Of a DNA stretch of 64,000 nt, positions 60,602-64,000 are shown piece after piece. How positions within the stretch are numbered: the first letter of the stretch is position 1; every line of letters begins with the position of its first letter. Source of the stretch: Bacillota bacterium (GTDB lineage: Bacteria > Bacillota > UBA994); contig WSXW01000001.1 of NCBI GenBank assembly GCA_009773495.1, positions 128,088 to 192,087 on the forward strand, written 5' to 3'. A program made the translations under genes and the position numbers. The notes beneath the pieces are model-generated. The model was not told the DNA's origin. It worked only from the letters and a program-made list of their open reading frames with translations, and did no database searches.

Positions 60602-60746
60602 ATAATCAACTCCTTGTACTAATTCGACGCTTTAACGTAGAATCCTGCCAAGTTGACCATAAACTCCATCACATGAAGCACTGTTTATTTCCTAAGCGCA
60701 AGAACAGCCGTCACTTGCTGATTTACTTTGCACCCTAGGGTAAAAC

Positions 60747-61487
60747 CTACCGTCGGCATGATAGGTCTCCTGTGTCGCCTAACTCGTACATCAGAATACT
60801 GAGTAATGTTAGAGGTGCCGTTTCTGCCCTTAGTATGCGCGGCCCTAACCCAACTATGATATAGCTATGAGATTTGGCCATATCAACTTCTACCTGTTCA
60901 AACCCACCTTCTGGGCCAATCAAACAAGATACCGTTTGTATGGCAGATAGTCCCTTAAAACAGGCCTTCAGGGAAGTGCCACCACCTTCATACGCCATTA
61001 ATCTGAGTTGAGACTGGTCTTGTGTTAAAGCATCGACTATAGGAAGCGGTTGATCAACGAGAGGAACCTTCGCTCTGCCGCTTTGCTTGCTGGCTTCTTG
61101 GGCGATACGCTGCCACCGTACAGTTCTTTCACGAGCCTTCTTTTGGTCTAGGGTCACCACCGATCGCCTGCACATAACAGGCACTATACGGCTCACCCCT
61201 AGCTCTACCGCCTTCTGAATGATTAGTTCTAGCTTATCTCCCTTGACTATACCTTGATACAGCGTAACCTCAAGCTGTGGCTCACTACTTGGGAGTGTAG
61301 CCTCGATCCTTACTGTGACAGAGCCCTCTTGCAGTCTACTAATAACACCACGGAACAATTTTGCATCGCCAACAACTTCGATCACATCGTTGACGCGATA
61401 GCGATGTACTTTTACTACATGGTGGGCCTCTTCACCGGTGAGTTCTCCCCATCCATCCTTAAGGCTAGAAAGTAAAAAACGAGGCAT
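60747..61487 (-). CDS. rsmE: 16S rRNA (uracil1498-N3)-methyltransferase
   Basis: PUA-like N-terminus plus SPOUT. Confidence 0.8.
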   Translation of the reverse strand: MPRFLLSSLKDGWGELTGEEAHHVVKVHRYRVNDVIEVVGDAKLFRGVISRLQEGSVTVRIEATLPSSEPQLEVTLYQGIVKGDKLELIIQKAVELGVSRIVPVMCRRSVVTLDQKKARERTVRWQRIAQEASKQSGRAKVPLVDQPLPIVDALTQDQSQLRLMAYEGGGTSLKACFKGLSAIQTVSCLIGPEGGFEQVEVDMAKSHSYIIVGLGPRILRAETAPLTLLSILMYELGDTGDLSCRR

Positions 61488-61489
61488 AG

Positions 61490-62425
61490 CTACTGCCCCT
61501 TATGAGTGACAACGAGTGCCACCCATTCACCTTGCGTTCTCTGCTCAATAACACGTAGGTTATGTTCTACCATAGCCGCTAACACACCGCCTAGTTTCTC
61601 TTGAATGATGCCGGAAGCTATGAATATCCCACAGGGCGATAAATGCGCCTTAACCGCAGGCATGGCCTCTATGATAATGCGAGCAATGATGTTCGCCACC
61701 ACAACATCGTATTCCCCCTGGACCACGGCAAAAAGGTTGCTTTCCCGCACTGTTACGACCGCGTCGATACCATTGTGCTGCACATTTTGGGCAGCTACTT
61801 TGACTGCCACAGGGTCATAATCTAGAGCCAAGACTTCCTTTGCTCCTAGTTTCGCAGCTGCAATAGAGAGTATCCCTGAACCACAGCCTAGGTCCAAAAC
61901 CTTTTTGTTTTCTAGGGTATACTCCTGCAGATACTCTAAACACATCACCGTTGTAGGGTGAGTTCCTGTGCCAAAGGCCATACCGGGGTCTAACTCAACA
62001 ACTACTTTATCAGTATCATAGTCAAGCGCTTCCCACGATGGCTTGATGACTACTCGAGGACCGATAAGCACTGGCTTATAGTACTGCTTCCATGCTGTCG
62101 CCCAGTCCTCGTCCTCCACCTCTGCAAGGATGACCTCGCCACGACCGGGATCTAGATCATAGTCTACTAACGCTGCTACCTCGAGCCTAACTCCGTCAAT
62201 TATCGCTGGCAAAGACTGTTCTATAGACAGATAGGCGGTTACTCGCACTTCTTCTAAGGGAATATCTGGAGGAGGTGCGGGCGAGTAGTCCTCAACATCA
62301 TCAGCTAACAATACCGATGTCGCGTCTACAATGACCACACCGGTAGCTCCGGCCCGATACAAAATGTCTGTTACAGCTTCCTTAGCTTCTTGCGAGGTTA
62401 TAACTGTAATCTCTGTCCATTTCAT
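61490..62425 (-). CDS. prmA: ribosomal protein L11 methyltransferase
   Basis: DLGCGSGIL motif. Confidence 0.85.
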   Translation of the reverse strand: MKWTEITVITSQEAKEAVTDILYRAGATGVVIVDATSVLLADDVEDYSPAPPPDIPLEEVRVTAYLSIEQSLPAIIDGVRLEVAALVDYDLDPGRGEVILAEVEDEDWATAWKQYYKPVLIGPRVVIKPSWEALDYDTDKVVVELDPGMAFGTGTHPTTVMCLEYLQEYTLENKKVLDLGCGSGILSIAAAKLGAKEVLALDYDPVAVKVAAQNVQHNGIDAVVTVRESNLFAVVQGEYDVVVANIIARIIIEAMPAVKAHLSPCGIFIASGIIQEKLGGVLAAMVEHNLRVIEQRTQGEWVALVVTHKGQ

Positions 62426-62436
62426 GACCCGACCCC

Positions 62437-63555
62437 CTAACGTAATGCATCACGAACTTTACCCAAAAAGTTCTTATCCTCATCTACCGCTTCTCCCATT
62501 GCTTGTGCAAGCTGCTTCAGCAAGTCTCGCTCCCTGGCCGACAACTTCTTAGGCGTATCTACGATAATTGTCAGCACCAGGTCACCACGCGCCGTCGTAC
62601 CTAGCTTGGCTATGCCCTTACCTTTAATTCTTTGCACAGCTCCACTCTGCGTTCCTGCAGGAATTGCAACTTCTACAACCTCGTCATTGATAATCTTGAC
62701 TTCGGTCTTGCCACCTAGGGTTGCCTTAGGGAAGGATACGTGTAAATTCAGCAACAGCTCAGAACCATTGCGCTTAAATGTAGGATGCGAGCGAACACGT
62801 AGCACCACAAAGAGATCGCCTGGGGAACCACCGCGATTTCCAGCTTCACCCTCTCCTGTGAGTCTAAGACGTGTGCCTGTATCCACACCAGCGGGGATTC
62901 GCACTGTAACCTTGCGCCGTTTGCGCACAACTCCCTTACCGCCGCACACAGCGCATGGTGAGGCAACAATCTTCCCGCCGCCTTGGCAACGGTCGCAGGT
63001 ACGCACACTGTTGATACGGCCAAACATGGTGTTTTGGGCGAAACTTACCTGGCCCGACCCGCGACATTGCGGACAGGTCTCCGGTGAGGTGCCTGGCTTG
63101 GCCCCACTACCATGACAGGTATCGCAAGATTCAGTGCGGGGGATCTCCAATTCTACTTCTTTGCCATTAGCGGCATCGGTAAAATCAATCTCTAGTTCAT
63201 ACTGCAGATCAACGCCACGCTCCGGACCGGTGCGCTGCCTGCGCCCGCCGCCCCCACCAAAGAAAGCATCAAATATGTCTTCAACGCCACCAAAGCCGCT
63301 AAAGCCACCACCCCCGCCGCCTGCCCCCTGTTCAAAGGCGGCATGCCCAAAACGATCGTATTGTGCACGCTTATCGGTATCACTTAATACTTCGTAGGCT
63401 TCTGTAATTTCTTTAAACTTCTCGGCTGCCGTATTATCGTCAGGATTGACATCCGGATGATATTGTCTGGCGAGTTTACGGTAGGCCTTTTTAATTTCGG
63501 TTTCATCACCTGAACGACTAACGCCCAGTACTTCATAGAAGTCTCTCTTCGCCAA
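62437..63555 (-). CDS. dnaJ: chaperone DnaJ
   Basis: J-domain HPD; G/F region; 4 x CxxCxGxG. Confidence 0.95.
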   Translation of the reverse strand: MAKRDFYEVLGVSRSGDETEIKKAYRKLARQYHPDVNPDDNTAAEKFKEITEAYEVLSDTDKRAQYDRFGHAAFEQGAGGGGGGFSGFGGVEDIFDAFFGGGGGRRQRTGPERGVDLQYELEIDFTDAANGKEVELEIPRTESCDTCHGSGAKPGTSPETCPQCRGSGQVSFAQNTMFGRINSVRTCDRCQGGGKIVASPCAVCGGKGVVRKRRKVTVRIPAGVDTGTRLRLTGEGEAGNRGGSPGDLFVVLRVRSHPTFKRNGSELLLNLHVSFPKATLGGKTEVKIINDEVVEVAIPAGTQSGAVQRIKGKGIAKLGTTARGDLVLTIIVDTPKKLSARERDLLKQLAQAMGEAVDEDKNFLGKVRDALR

Positions 63556-63612
63556 AGCTCTCTGCCCCCTAACCTAAGCGAAGGGGGCTGTTCGTACAAC
63601 CCCCTGCATCTA

Positions 63613-64000
63613 TTATTTTTTGTCTACATCGTAGTCGGCATCCACGGTGTCTCCACCTTGGTTACCTTGTGCATCTGCTGCCTGCGCTGCATCGCCAGCT
63701 TGGCTGTACAGAATGGTAGATAGTTCATTAACTAACGTAGTCAATTCTTCTGTGGCTGATTTAATACGGTCAAGGTCATTTGAAGCCACAGCTTCTTTGC
63801 CCGCTTCGGCTGCCTTTCTAACCGCCTCAGCTTTATCCACTGGAGCCTTGTCGCCGAGGTCCTTGAGAAGTTTTTCTGAGGAGTAAACCAACTGCTCTAG
63901 GTTATTCTTTGATTCGACTAGCTCTTTGCGCTGAGCATCCTCGGCGGCGTACTTCTCGGCATCCTTTACCATGCGTTCGATGTCCTTATCAGAGAGAGCT
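63613..64000 (-). CDS. dnaK: chaperone DnaK, C-terminal part (gene continues past window end)
   Basis: C-terminal lid and acidic tail; partial. Confidence 0.85.
   Translation of the reverse strand, partial: ALSDKDIERMVKDAEKYAAEDAQRKELVESKNNLEQLVYSSEKLLKDLGDKAPVDKAEAVRKAAEAGKEAVASNDLDRIKSATEELTTLVNELSTILYSQAGDAAQAADAQGNQGGDTVDADYDVDKK

Overview
This window reads as a Firmicutes chromosome from a spore-former. T-box leaders, yqfC/yqfD and SpoVB-like sporulation genes, a type-B RNase P RNA and the B. subtilis yqf-region gene order (trmK ... sigA-dnaG-PDRP-ccpN-recO ... era-cdd-dgkA-ybeY-pgpH-phoH-yqfD-yqfC-rpsU ... rsmE-prmA-dnaJ-dnaK) support that. The 45-64 kb half is conserved housekeeping. 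The 0-44 kb half is more accessory. It carries a complete short-chain ketoacid operon (CoA-transferase A/B, AtoE transporter, SDR, thiolase) and a copA with a CsoR-like operator. It also has a DUF4080 B12-radical SAM gene, a beta-propeller/DUF2892 pair, an S9 peptidase and a decayed M23 peptidase pseudogene whose first frameshift sits on a G8 homopolymer. T-box leaders control both trpS and glyQS, and the glyQS leader is separated from its gene by about 320 nt of heptamer-periodic DNA. An operon encodes a stand-alone RnfD/NqrB-like flavoprotein, an ABC-2 exporter and a membrane rhodanese. Further along are rnpB, a WYL-HTH regulator with a tandem-GNAT gene, two ABC modules, sugar kinase/isomerase genes and an N-terminally truncated MurF-like ligase with a long structured leader. 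A Asn-Met-Val tRNA array follows, and its tRNA-Val is succeeded by three tandem ~175-bp tRNA-Val-derived units, each with its own terminator. A dispersed family of heptanucleotide tandem repeats (GTACAYG / TAATCAC / TTCCTAG types) occupies several intergenic regions. I rate the pseudo-tRNA array, the heptamer repeat family with its expansion inside the glyQS leader, and the RnfD-like/ABC/rhodanese operon as the most unusual items. I see no canonical defence system, CRISPR array or prophage.
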